A DNA stretch of 64,000 bases from Eledone cirrhosa (GCA_964016885.1 OZ024744.1:81654001-81718000), one strand, 5' to 3'. Positions 13,075 through 26,942 are shown, numbered from the stretch's first letter. The notes: generated from the letters alone by a model not told the origin. Program-made: numbers and translations.

Positions 13075-15030
13075 TAATAGGAAGGCATGGGGTGGGAAAG
13101 TGCAACAACAATGGTATGCTCCTGCTGCAGATGTGTGAGGAGCTGGATCTGTGTGTTACCAACACCATGTTCCAACAAAAGAACAAATTTAAGACTACAT
13201 GGATGCATCCTGCTTCTAAGGAATGGGATCTTTTGGACTACGTCCTAGTCAGGATGCGTGACAGACGGGATGTGCAGTGTGTTCGTGCTCTTCGTGAAGC
13301 TGAGTGCTGGATAGACCACCATCTGGTACGCGCAAAAGTGAAACTAATCACTAAACGTAAAATACGGGCTCCTGGTGTAGAATATTGAATGCTACTCGTC
13401 TTAGGGATAAAAATGTGAAGAGGACATTGCGAGAAGAGATGCAGGTTGCAGATCTTGGTGAGGATTGGCCGACCATTAAAAAGTCGGTTTATGATATAGG
13501 CAGGCGTGTTCTGGGATTGGTGCAGAGAAAACATCAAGAATGGTTTAATGAGAATGATGAACATATAGAAGACTTGTTGGCTGATAAGAGGCGTGCTCTG
13601 TCACGCTACTTGACGGCAAAACCACAGGAGAAGAATATGTTGCATAAGAAACTCAAGGATGTGAAATCACGTGTTAGGCGGAGTCTTTCTCAGATGAAGG
13701 ATCAGTGGTGGAGTGAGAAGGCTGGTGAGATACAAACTGCGTCAGATTCCAATAACACAATGCTGTTGTACAGTCTCTTGCGTGAAGTTTATGGACCGTC
13801 TTCTTCTCTGGTGACAGCGCTTCACAGCAGGGATGGCAAAGAACTTCTTTGTGACTCACAAGGAATTCTACGAAGGTGGCGAGAGCACTTTCATGAGCTT
13901 TTGAATCAGCCGTCTGTCGTCAATGAAGATTTCCTCAATCTCATTCCAGAAAGTCCTGTGAAAGTAGCTCTCGCAGAACCTCCGACGCTTGAGGTTGCAG
14001 TGGCTATCTCGAAGCTGAACAGTGGAAGGTCTCCACGTATGGATGGCATACATGCAGAACTTCTACATGGGCTAATGAATCTGTACCTGAGGATTGGAGA
14101 TGCAGTAATGGTGGTGTTGTACAAGGGAAAGGGTAACAGGAATGATTGTGGGAACTACAGAGGTATATCATTGCTTTCTGTCGTAAGGAAAGTTTTACGT
14201 AGAGAGCTTCTGGACCGTTTGCTGACACATTTCAGATTGTGTTCTTCCTGAAAGTCAATCTGCTTTTCGTGCTGGACGCGGCACTACTGATATGATCTTC
14301 TCAGCTAGACAGCTCCAGGAGAAGTGCATGGAACAAGGTTTGGATCTGTATCAGGATTTTGTCGATCTGACAAAAGCTTTCGATACTGTTAACAGAAATG
14401 CATTATGGAAGGCTCTCCAGAAACTTGGTTGCCCTGATAAGTTCCTCGCTTTGGTTAGGTCTTTCCATGACGACATGAACGCTTGGATTAATGTTGGAGG
14501 TAACATGTCGGAGCCTATCTCAGTGGAAAATGGAGTGAAACAGGGGAATATTCCAGCGCCGACCCTGTTTGCCATATACTTTGCAATGGTTTTCTATATT
14601 GCATTCAGGAATTGCGAGCATGGTGTTTACATCCGATATCGAACATGAGGCAGCATATTTAACATCAGGCGCTTTGCTGCAAAAACAAAAGTATTTACAT
14701 CAATCATAAGAGATCTCTTGTATGCAGATGATTGCGATCTTGTAGCGCACACAGAGAGTGATATGCAGCACATTTTGAATGCATTTTCTGATGCTTGCAC
14801 TGCCCTAAGATTAACTACCAGTCTCAAGAAAACCGTCGCCATGTACCAACCTGCCCCTGGTAAGCAGTACAGTGAACCAAAATATCTATGTGTATGGTAA
14901 ACGACTTGGAGTGGTTGATCAGTTTGTCTACCTGGGAAGCACTGTCAATCGATACAGCAACATTGATAATGAAATCCCACTCAGGATTAGGAAAGCAAGT
15001 GATGCTTTCGGAAAGCTAGAAAGGCGACTA
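13075..15030 (+). mobile_element. RTE-clade LINE (BovB-like), truncated and decayed
   Basis: APE C-terminus (KTTWMHPASKEWDLLDYVLV, DHHLV); RT motifs GNYRGISLLS, MIFSARQLQEKC, FVDLTKAFDTVNR, GVKQG, YADDC, FVYLGS; stops and frameshifts. Confidence 0.93.
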
Positions 15031-15300
15031 TCCAGGAAGCTCCAACCGTTAAGGTTGTCTTTTTTCAGGGTATGTCAATATTTATTTATAAAACTAATCT
15101 GTATTGTATTTTATCTAATGAAACCGCACCTTAATTTGGCTTGGTGGCCCTTGAAATATGTATAATAAAATAAATATGGTTTTATAAATATAGTTTCCAT
15201 TTGTTAATATATTGTATATTTACTCCAATAATTTGTTGAGTGCTTTATATCAGTTATAAAAATATTTTTAAGCTTGTTGTATCCCAACAAATTAAATATA
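15029..15300 (+). mobile_element. Diverged copy of the 12.4-kb hammerhead element family, with a degenerate core (CTAATGA) at ~15113-15166
   Basis: Aligns by eye with 12372-12615; tat-CTAATGA...ggtggccctt-GAAA-tatgta-TA-ata. Confidence 0.65.
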
Positions 15301-16027
15301 ACCTCTGCATATATATATATATGCATACATATATACATACATACATATATTTTTTCTATTTAGCATATATATCAATATCAGTGTATTAATATAGATGTTT
15401 ATAAACTAGTAAACAAACACAGGAATACACACATACATATATATATATACACACATATATACACACAAACACATACAGAGACACACATAGAAAAATACAC
15501 ACACAGACACATACGCACACAGGATGACAGAGGAACACACACACACGGAAATACTGACAGACATACACACCATAAAAAGCCTATAAAAATGTTTATATTT
15601 ATCCAGACTATAAATTTGTAAATAGAAATCTGATGAGAGTCGGATAGAAATTAATATTAGAATTAATTGAAATTCAAAGTTATATTTAGTTCATATACTT
15701 TTGAAATTATATTCTGTAAGATTAATTTTGTTTGTTTGTTGTTGTTGTTGTTGTCTTCACTTTAAAATCTAACGTAGCATAAATTTCTAATTTAAGAATA
15801 AAATATCGACTAATTTAATTTAACAAAAATTATGCGAACACTTTTTAGTTTTACATAAACATGCTCTCTTTGTTGTCAGTTAGGTACTTTGTCAATAATG
15901 TCGGCAATAGCGTTGAATGCATTTAATTTTTGGAGACCAGAATTAGTATGCCATATATATATATATAGTAGAACACTGTAAGGTAATATCCGAAGTGGTA
16001 GAGCACTCAGTCCATGGGACGAGTTTG

Positions 16028-16180
16028 GTAGAAGTACTAACATAACAGTTAGTTCACCATACCGAGAACAATTGTTTCACCTTATGCGGATCTTCAGCTC
16101 GGACTCCAAGCTGAAGATCCGCATAAGGTGAAACAATTGTTCTCGGTATGGTGAACTAACTGTTGTGTTACTACTTCTAC
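16028..16180. mobile_element. Fold-back element with head-to-head hammerheads (16062-16102 minus, 16106-16146 plus)
   Basis: 70-bp inverted arms; ccgag-CTGAAGA-tcc(gcataa)ggt-GAAA-caattg-TT-ctcgg with 5-bp stem I. Confidence 0.8.
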
Positions 16181-16202
16181 ATAAATATATATATATATAA
16201 TA

Positions 16203-16570
16203 CAAGTAGAAGCTTAGTAAAATCGAAGCTTTGGCTGTGACCAAGCAAAGTCGACCTATAATAAGGAATGAGTAGCAAAGCACTCAATAAGGGGAGGTCC
16301 TTAGAGTAATAACATTACGTTTAAATAGCTTGACAAATTGAAAATTGCGGCAGGCAAAACCCAACCATACAATACCAAAACAACGAAAGAACTAATCAGG
16401 TTAAAACAACAGACCTGGACAGATCGAACGATATTCTGCAATACGTCCGATATGTTTCTATGAATCCGAAATCATCTATCCAACTTACGTAACACTTAAG
16501 CTTGTGGTATTCCATGATCGAACAGGGGACTCACTTCACCGACAGGCATTTCGTTCTTTTGCCTCAAACG
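16203..16570. repeat. Unclassified dispersed repeat (second copy ~50657-51000; head duplicated at 16808-16876)
   Basis: Shared blocks aatcgaagct, aagcactcaataagg, ccttagagtaataacattacgttt, gatcgaacag. Confidence 0.65.
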
Positions 16571-16944
16571 GGTGTGAACTTTAACTCAATGTTACCGCCA
16601 CAATAGACAGCCTTCAATGATTTCGTTGTCACGTGTTATTTCCAGCAAGGGATAAATTCAAAATGTTAACAAAGGAAAATGATTCCACTCAACATTCCGA
16701 ATAAAAGCTCTCAACTACATGTTATTAAACAAACACAAATAATTAACCAATCAACAGAATTGTCTAATTAAATTAATTAATTAATTATTATGTCTAGGAG
16801 ATAATAATACAAGTGGAAGCTTAGTAAAATCGAAGCTTTGTCTGTGGCCAAGCAAAGCCGACCTACAATAAGGAATATATATATATATAATTCGTTTTTG
16901 AATTTGTTTTCCGAAATTTCTTATCTAAAAACGTGTGTTGAAAC

Positions 16945-17343
16945 AATATCGTTATACTTTGGGAGGGTCATGTTGCCAATCAAAACACACGCACCTTATA
17001 GTTTTCACTTCAGTTTATTATAAATTTCCAGTTGGCTGGTTGGTTGGTTCGGTAACCGGAAGGTTGTTTATATATTGTCAAAGCTCTTTCGTCACACATT
17101 CTGCGACCTCCTCAGTGACTAGGTTTTATTTTGTGTCACTCCTTTGTTCTGTCCTACACAAGATGGTGTAGGACAGAACACAGGAGAGACAGAATGTGTG
17201 ACGAAAGAGGTTTAACTATATATAAACAACCTTCCGGTTATCGAACCAACCAACCAACCAACCAACCGGAAATTTATAATAACTTGAAGAGAAAACAAAC
17301 AGGTGCGTGTGTTTTTATTGGCATCATGACCCACCCAAAGTAT

Positions 17344-17352
<9 letters not shown>
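16945..17352. mobile_element. ~400-bp fold-back element with a hammerhead in the left arm
   Basis: 16945-17159 mirrors 17166-17352 with indels; ends in (TA)n. Confidence 0.75.
17077..17119 (-). ncRNA. Type I hammerhead
   Basis: Minus strand: gtca-CTGAGGA-g-gtcgca(gaatg)tgtgac-GAAA-gagc-TT-tgac. Confidence 0.75.
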
Positions 17353-17415
<63 letters not shown>

Positions 17416-17466
17416 GTGAAAGAGTGAAGAATAACATGGTCAACAGTACTAAAACGGTTTTATTTA

Positions 17467-17580
17467 CAGTATTAACAATTGTTTCATTGATTAGGTATGC
17501 CTAAAGGCCGCTTATCACTCAAACTTGTGCCACCCGACCTTAAATACAGTGTATGCCTAATCAAATCATCGGAATCACTG
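17467..17580 (-). ncRNA. Type I hammerhead variant (U4C) with long stem II insert, flanked by a 27-bp inverted repeat (17410-17436 / 17579-17605)
   Basis: Minus strand: cagtgatt-CCGATGA-t-ttgattagg...cctaatcaa-t-GAAA-caattg-TT-aatactg. Confidence 0.7.
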
Positions 17581-17761
17581 TTACTCTTCACTCTTTCACT
17601 ATTATTACTCCAAGAATGACCTGCATAGGAATTCCCGGGAACTCGCCACCTAACTAAGGAGACTTCTTGTTGAGTCAAACAACGCCGTACGTTAAAACTA
17701 TCCACAATACAGAGTACTCACAACCTCTAACTGGATTACCTATAATGATAATTTGTTACCC

Positions 17762-18441
<680 letters not shown>

Positions 18442-18671
18442 CTTCACGGCACAGGCATTGCTTTGTATCTGGAGATCTCTCTGCACTTGTCGTCACATGG
18501 TACCATGAGCCCAGCACTATGTGTCAATAATTGTCACAAGTGTAGTGTTTGTACCAGAGTTTTCAAGTCGCTGGCTGGACTAAAAAGTCACACTCGTTCA
18601 GCGCATCGGTAGGGGTTTTCCTACATGGATATAAAGTAGTAGCCGTACTCGAAAACGAGTTGGCAGCCACC

Positions 18672-18702
<31 letters not shown>

Positions 18703-19140
18703 TGGCATGTAACACATTATGGACGGTTTCTCATCCTCGTGTCCAGTATTTGGACTTACAATCAGCCTTAAAGAGACCGAAGTAATGTTTACCTTTGCTC
18801 CTCTAGAACCATATACTGAACCCAATATCATCATGGTTGATTAAAACCAGGCTGTTCGCCGGAACCCGGAAGCGGAGGGTGGGTAGTTGAGTTGGTTGTT
18901 AGTGGAGGACACTCGTTCGGACGTAACTTTTACACATGTATTGAGTGCTTTTTTAAGTAATTATAATTATCTTCCATAACTACGCCCCAGTCTTCAGGAT
19001 AGCGTCCCTTTATTTTCTATTACTCCCAGAGACCCCCACCATCAACCACCAATGACCATAGTCACCAATAAAAGGAAATAAGAAAAAACATAATTAAAAT
19101 AGATTATCTTATTTATTAGATGACTAAATATATCTTGGAA

Positions 19141-19680
19141 GGCGGTGAATTAACAGAATCATTAGAATATCAGATAGAATGATTTATGGTATTCCTTCCG
19201 GTTCTCAGCTCTCTGAGTTCAAGTCCCGTCGAGGTCAACTTTGCCTTTCATCATTTCGGCGTCAATAAAAAAAAAAGTACCAGTCTAGTACTGAGGTCGA
19301 TTCGTCCTCTAATATCTCTTTCTCATTTCTTCTCTCTCACTTTCTATCTTTCGTTCCAGGCTCTCAGCTCTCGGTGTTCAAATCCCGTCGAGGTCAACTT
19401 TGCCTTTCATCATTTCGGGGTAAAAAAAAAAAAAAAAAGTACCAGTCTAGTACTGGGGTCGATTCTTCCTCTAATATCTCTTTCTCATTTCTTCTCTCTC
19501 ACTTTCTATCTTTCGTTCCAGGCTCTCTGCTCTCGGTGTTCAAATCCCGTCGAGGTCAACTTTGCCTTTCATCATTTCGGGGTAAAAAAAAACCCCAAAA
19601 AGTACCAGTCTAGTACTGAGGTGGATTCTTCCTCTAATATCTCTTTCTCATTTCTTCTCTCTCACTTTCTATCTTTCTCT
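19141..19680 (+). mobile_element. SINE family 1 with ~160-bp 3' part tandemly triplicated
   Basis: Head ggcggtgaattaacagaatc; three repeats of gttcaa(a/g)tcccgtcgaggtcaactttgcctttcatcatttcgg...tttctatcttt. Confidence 0.8.
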
Positions 19681-19923
19681 GGAAGAAATCTGCTGCAGTT
19701 AGGCCCGGAGAGGGAATGGCTGTGCCAGAAAATGTCCAAGAAACCATGTATGTCAATACGGCGCCCCTACCACTCTATCAGGAGTTACGAGACCATACCA
19801 TACACAAATATCTCTTGACAATAGTACAACGCTGAGATACGAACTCGTGACATTTTGTACTGAGAGTTTGAATTGTTACCCAGTATTTACCATTTCTGTT
19901 GGTGGTGATAATGATGATGATTT

Positions 19924-20379
19924 TGGTGGTGGTGGTGGTGCTGGTGGTGGTGGTGGTGCAGGTGGTGGTGGTGGTGGTGGTGGTGGTGGGGGTGGTGGTG
20001 GTGGTGCTGGTGGTGGTGGTGGTGGTGGTGGTGATGGTGGTGGTGGTGGTGGTGGTGGTGGTGGTGGGGGTGGTGGTGGTGGTGCTGGTGGTGGTGGTGG
20101 TGGTGGTGGTGGAGGTGGTGGTGGTGGTGGTGCAGGTGGTGGTGGTGGTGCAGGTGGTGGTGGTGGTGGTGGTGCTGCTGGTGGTGATGGTGGTGGTGGT
20201 GGTGGTGGTGGCGGTGGTGGTGGTGGTGGTGGTGATGATGGTGGTGGTGGTGGTGTTGGTGGTGGTGGTGGTGCTGGTGGTGGTGATGGTGGTGGTGGTG
20301 GTGGTGGTGGTGCAGGTGGTGGTGGTGGTGGTGGTGCAGGTGGTGGTGGTGGTGGTGGTGGTGGTTGTGGTGGTGGTGG

Positions 20380-20410
<31 letters not shown>

Positions 20411-20605
20411 GGTGGTGGTGGTGGTGGTGGTGGTGATGGTGATGGTGGTGGTGGTGCTGGTGGTGGTGGTGGTGGTGGTGGTGACGACGGTGATGTGGAT
20501 GATAATAGTGGTGATGAGGATGATGATGATGACAACGGACGACGACGATGATGATGATGATGATGATGATGTTGATAATTATGCTTATGATTATTATTAT
20601 TACGA
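19924..20605. repeat. (GGT)n then (GAT)n microsatellite
   Basis: Direct reading; source of the poly-G/P/H/V ORFs. Confidence 0.95.
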
Positions 20606-20609
20606 TTAA

Positions 20610-21130
20610 TTGCCTTTCATCCTTACGGGGGTCGATAAAATAAAGTACCAGTAATGCACTGGGTGTTATTGCTGGGCTTGTGCCTAAAGTAGAAACAATT
20701 ATTAGGGGCGGTGGATTGGTAGTATCGGTAGAGGGTCTGACGCCATGCTTTTGCAGCACAGTTACGTCCCTTTACAGACTGAGTTCAAATCCGGCCGAGG
20801 TTAACTTTGCCTTTCATCCTTACGGGGTCGATAAAATAAAGTACCAGTAATACACTGGGATAATTGCTGGCCTTGTGCCAAAAGTAGAACAATTATTACT
20901 ATTATGATGATGATATAAATGATGATGATTAAGATGAAATGGTTTTGATGGTATAATGATGATGATGATAATAGTAATTTTTATTAGGCTCTGAGTTCAA
21001 ATCTCACTGATGTCGATATTGGCTTTCATTTTTACAGGATCGACAAAATAAAGTAACAAGTCAAGAATTGCAGTCGATTTACTTCGATTTTTCCCTTACC
21101 CACATTGCTGGTATTATGCCTAAATTAGAA

Positions 21131-21131
<1 letters not shown>
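20610..21131 (+). mobile_element. Cluster of SINE family 1 copies (3' half 20610-20703, full copy 20706-20895, degenerate copy 20988-21131)
   Basis: A box-like TGGTAGTATCGG, B box GAGTTCAAATCC, core ttgcctttcatccttacggggtcgataaaataaagtacc. Confidence 0.85.
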
Positions 21132-21175
<44 letters not shown>

Positions 21176-21233
21176 GCTGGTGCTGCTACTACTACTACTA
21201 CTACTGCTGCTACTACTACTACTACTACTACTC

Positions 21234-21313
<80 letters not shown>

Positions 21314-21317
21314 GCTG

Positions 21318-21353
<36 letters not shown>

Positions 21354-21374
21354 CTGCTACTGCTGCTGCTACTG

Positions 21375-21451
<77 letters not shown>

Positions 21452-21489
21452 ACTACTACTACTGCTATTACTACTACTACTACTGCTAC

Positions 21490-21560
<71 letters not shown>

Positions 21561-21578
21561 CTGCTACTATTACTACTA

Positions 21579-21616
<38 letters not shown>

Positions 21617-21625
21617 ACAACTACA

Positions 21626-21656
<31 letters not shown>

Positions 21657-21757
21657 TTACTGCTACTACTCCTGCTACTGCTGCTACTACTACTACTACT
21701 ACTCCTGCTACTACTACAACAACTACTACTATTACAACAACTACTACTACTACAACA

Positions 21758-21830
<73 letters not shown>

Positions 21831-21840
21831 CTGCTACTAT

Positions 21841-21887
<47 letters not shown>

Positions 21888-21904
21888 CTGCTACTACTAC
21901 AACA

Positions 21905-21970
<66 letters not shown>

Positions 21971-21972
21971 GC
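21131..21972. repeat. (TAC)n microsatellite
   Basis: Direct reading. Confidence 0.95.
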
Positions 21973-22271
21973 TGATGTTGATTGTGATGATTGTGATGAT
22001 GATAGGAATGATGATGACTGTGATGATGCTTATTATGATCATGATGACGATGACGATGCTTAAAGCTGTTGATTTTACTGTAATGACAATACATATCTGT
22101 CATAAACGTGGGTCGGTATTTAGTGACCCCCCCTCCCCTACCCCACCCCACCCCAAACAAAAAATTGCCAAAATTGTTTCTTGATTAAAACAATGTTTCA
22201 TTTGATGGATGTCTGTCATCCGGCATTATATTCTTAATTCGGAACAATGACCATAATTGACAAGACTTTAA

Positions 22272-22303
<32 letters not shown>

Positions 22304-22555
22304 GTCTAGTTGTTGTTGTAGATGTAGATGTAGTAGTGGTTGTTGTTGTTGTGTGTTGTTGGTATTGTTGTTGTTATGGTAGCTCTTGTTGCCGTTGTTG
22401 TTGTTGTTGTTGTTGTTGTTGGTCTAGTTGTAGTAGATGTAGATGTAGTAGTAGTTGTTGTTGTTCTTTTTGTTGTTGTTGCAACAAACAGCGTTACTCA
22501 AATATAGATGGAATGTTCTGTTGTGACATTTCTTATGGAGGTTCTTTTCAATACA

Positions 22556-25500
22556 ATGTACTGTACTGTACTGTACTGTAATGTAATGTACTGTACTATA
22601 TTGTACTGTACTGTACCGTATTGTATTGTACTGTACTGTATTGTACTGTACTGTACTGTACTGTACTGTACTGTACTGTATTGTACTGTACTGTACTGTA
22701 CTGTACTGTACTGTACTGTACTGTACTGTACTGTACTGTACTGTATTGTACTGTACTGTAATGTACTGTATTGTATTGTACTGTATTGTACTGTACTGTA
22801 TTGTACTGTATTGTACTGTACTGTACTGTATTGTACTGTACTGTACTGTAATGTAATGTACTGTACTATATTGTACTGTACTGTACCGTATTGTATTGTA
22901 CTGTACTGTATTGTACTGTACTGTACTGTACTGTACTGTACTGTATTGTACTGTACTGTACTGTACTGTACTGTACTGTACTGTACTGTACTGTACTGTA
23001 CTGTACTGTATTGTACTGTACTGTAATGTACTGTATTGTATTGTACTGTATTGTACTGTACTGTATTGTACTGTACTGTATTGTACTGTACTGTACTGTA
23101 TTGTACTGTACTGTACTGTATTGTACTGTACTGTACTGTACTGTACTGTACTGTATTGTACTGTACTGTATTGTACTGTACTGTACTGTACTGTACTGTA
23201 TTGTACTGTACTGTACTGTACTGTACTGTACTGTATTGTACTGTATTGTACTGTACTGTACTGTATTGTACTGTACTGTACTGTACTGTACTGTACTGTA
23301 TTGTACTGTACTGTATTGTACTGTACTGTACTGTACTGTACTGTATTGTACTGTACTGTACTGTATTGTACTGTATTGTACTGTACTGTATTGTACTGTA
23401 CTGTACTGTACTTTACTGTACTGTACTGTACTGTACTGTATTGTACTGTATTGTATCGTACTGTACTGTATTGTACTGTACTGTATTGTACTGTACTGTA
23501 CTGTATTGTACTGTACTGTATTGTACTGTACTGTACTGTACTCTATTGTACTCTACTGTACTGTACAATACAGTACAGTACAATACAGTACAGTACAGTA
23601 CAGTACAATACAGTACAGTACAGTACAATACAGTACAGTACAATACAGTACTGTACTGTACACTACTGTATTGTACTGTACTGTATTGTACTGTACTGTA
23701 CTGTACTGTATTGTACTGTACTGTACTGTATTGTACTGTACTGTATTGTACTGTACTGTACTGTATTGTACTGTACTGTATTGTACTGTACTGTACTGTA
23801 TTGTACTGTATTGTACTGTACTGTACTGTATTGTACTGTACTGTACTGTACTGTACTGTACTGTATTGTACTGTACTGTACTGTACTGTACTGTATTGTA
23901 CTGTATTGTACTGTACTGTACTGTATTGTACTGTACTGTACTGTACTGTACTGTATTGTACTGTACTGTACTGTACTTTACTGTACTGTATTGTACTGTA
24001 CTGTACTGTACTGTACTGCATTGTACTGTACTGTACTGTACTGTACTGTACTGTATCGTACTGTACTGTACTGTACTGTATTGTACTGTACTGTATTGTA
24101 CTGTATTGTACTGTACTGTATTGTACTGTACTGTATTGTACTGTATTGTACTGTACTGTATTGTACTGTACTGTACTGTACTGTACTGTATTGTACTGTA
24201 TTGTACTGTATTGTACTGTATTGTACTGTACTGTACTGTATTGGACTGTACTGTACTGTACTGTACTGTACTGTATTGTACTGTACTGTACTGTATTGTA
24301 CTGTATTGTACTGTACTGTACTGTATTGTACTGTAGTGTACTGTACTGTATTGTACTGTACTGTACTGTACTGTATTGTACTGTATTGTACTGTACTGTA
24401 CTGTATTGTACTGTACTGTACTTTACTGTACTGTACTGTACTGTACTGTACTGTACTGTATTGTACTGTATTGTACTGTACTGTATTGTACTGTACTGTA
24501 CTGTACTGTATTGTACTGTATTGTACTGTATTGTACTGTATTGTACTGTACTGTATTGTACTGTACTGTATTGTACTGTACTGTATTGTACTGTACTGTA
24601 TTGTACTGTACTGTACTGTATTGTACTGTACTGTACTGTATTGTACTGTACTGTACTGTACTGTACTGTACTGTACTGTATTGTACTGTACTGTATTGTA
24701 CTGTACTGTACTGTACTGTATTGTACTGTACTGTATTGTACTGTATTGTACTGTACTGTATTGTACTGTACTGTACTGTACTGTACTGTATTGTACTGTA
24801 TTGTACTGTACTGTACTGTATTGTACTGTACTGTACTGTACTGTACTGTACTGTATTGTACTGTATTGTACTGTACTGTATTGTACTGTACTGTACTGTA
24901 CTTTACTGTACTGTACTGTACTGTACTGTACTGTATTGTACTGTATTGTATCGTACTGTACTGTATTGTACTGTACTGTACTGTATTGTACTGTACTGTA
25001 TTGTACTGTACTGTACTGTATTGTACTGTACTGTATTGTACTGTACTGTACTGTACTCTATTGTACTCTACTGTACTGTACAATACAGTACAGTACAATA
25101 CAGTACAGTACAGTACAGTACAGTACAATACAGTACAGTACAGTACAATACAGTACAGTACAATACAGTACAGTACAATACTGTACTGTACACTACTGTA
25201 TTGTACTGTACTGTACTGTACTGTACTGTATTGTACTGTACTGTACTGTATTGTACTGTACTGTATTGTACTGTACTGTACTGTATTGTACTGTACTGTA
25301 TTGTACTGTACTGTACTGTATTGTACTGTACTGTATTGTACTGTACTGTACTGTACTGTACTGTACTGTATTGTACTGTATTGTATCGTACTGTACTGTA
25401 TTGTACTGTACTGTACTGTACTGTGTTGTATTGTACTGTACTGTACTGTATTCTACTGTATTGTACTGTACTGTATTGTACTGTACTGTTTTGTACTGTA

Positions 25501-25852
25501 TTGTACTGTTTTGTACTGTACTGTATGGTACTTTATTGTACTGTATTGTACTGTACTGTACTCTATTGTATTATACTGTACTGTATCTACTGTATTGTAT
25601 TGTACTACTGTATTGTACTGTACTGTATTGTAGAGTACTGTACTGTACTCTTCTGTATTGTACTGTATTGTACTGTACTGTATTGTATTGTACTGTATTG
25701 TAGTGTACGGTAGTGGACAGTACTCTACTGTTCTGTACTCTATTGTAGTGTACGATAGTGGACTGTACTGTATAGTATCGTATTGTAGTGTACTGTACTC
25801 TACTGTACTGTACTATACTGTACTGTACTGTATTGAATTGTTCTGTACTGTA
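22556..25852 (+). repeat. (TACTG/TATTG)n pentamer satellite with internal inverted islands
   Basis: Direct reading; CAGTA-oriented islands at ~23566-23650 and ~25081-25180. Confidence 0.97.
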
Positions 25853-26030
25853 TTCATAGGCTGACGAAGACACTCTCATGGAATGACTAAATGAGATTTT
25901 TTTTCAACACAGTCCCTGGAAAGAAACAATACAGTTGTTAATAAGAGTTGAAATTAATGCATACAAGATTTCATAGCTCTATCATTATTCTTTCATAGTC
26001 AGCCTATAGACCTTTCAGCCGACCCTCGTA
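25852..26030. mobile_element. Mariner-derived MITE, left TIR truncated by the satellite
   Basis: ttcataggctgac...gtcagcctatagacctttcagccgaccctcgTA; homologous to 51023-51213 and to the TIR at 50225. Confidence 0.7.
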
Positions 26031-26195
26031 GGTAATGTGGCTGACCTTTGGAATTTCAGATAATATCCATTCGAAGGATTTACACACAGTTTCCGTCTAC
26101 TAGGTTTCACTCACACAAGTCTAGTAAGAAAACGGATACCTACTGTTGTAAGATAAGCTACGCTCTGAAGAGAATGTGCTACTAGTGAGAGCTAC

Positions 26196-26388
26196 AGACC
26201 TGTCAACTCTCTCCGTCCGACGGGGAGATCTCCTACCCACTTTGGGGTGGGTGAGAGATGTCTTCTCTTGTGAAAATGGGTATAGCTTTCATTATGTAAA
26301 ATCTCCCTATTTTGCCTCATTTCTCCCCGTTTTGGGGCACCTTTTTTCATGGTACTCCTCGTTTGGGTTTTTAGAGATTGGCAGGTCA
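26196..26388. mobile_element. ~190-bp MITE with CAGACCTG(T/C)CAAC termini (copy 1)
   Basis: Near-identical inverted copy at 45525-45719; terminal inverted repeats. Confidence 0.7.
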
Positions 26389-26904
26389 TACAATACAATT
26401 ATTCACAGATTGGCAGATCATACAATACAATTATTCATAAGCTAACTAGAATTAAGTATGTAACGAATGCAACAAACAACAACAACAACAACCACAACAA
26501 CAACCACAAAAACAACAACAAAAATAAAAATAAATATAAAATTAGTTAATAATTAATATGGTTTAAACGTAGCAAATTGGCAGCCATTAGAATGTCGTAT
26601 AGAATGCTTGCGGTATTTGTTCTGTGCTTCTTCATGGACGATAAAAAAATACCAGTCTTGTACTTGGGTCGATTCTTACCCTATATCTCTTTCTTATTTC
26701 CTGAAGATATGGTAAAGACGCATTAGATTCCACGCAGTGGGATGGATTGAACCCGGGATTTTATGATGGCGAAGCGAACTTATTAACCATTCAGTCATAA
26801 TAAACTTTATTAATTCGTACACTGATTCAGAATCTCAAGAGTTATGTCTCAATCAAGACAAATCATAAGGCTCCATAAGACCAATGCATATCCCTCCATA
26901 TGAG

Positions 26905-26942
<38 letters not shown>

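Noticed and set aside
15627-15660. CTGATGA...GAAAttaaTA hammerhead-like string
   Set aside because: Stems I and II do not pair; at best a decayed remnant.
19847-25703. Long ORFs (poly-G/P/H/V/T/S/L and YCTVL repeats up to 935 aa)
   Set aside because: They are translations of stop-free tri- and pentanucleotide repeats, open in several frames and strands at once.
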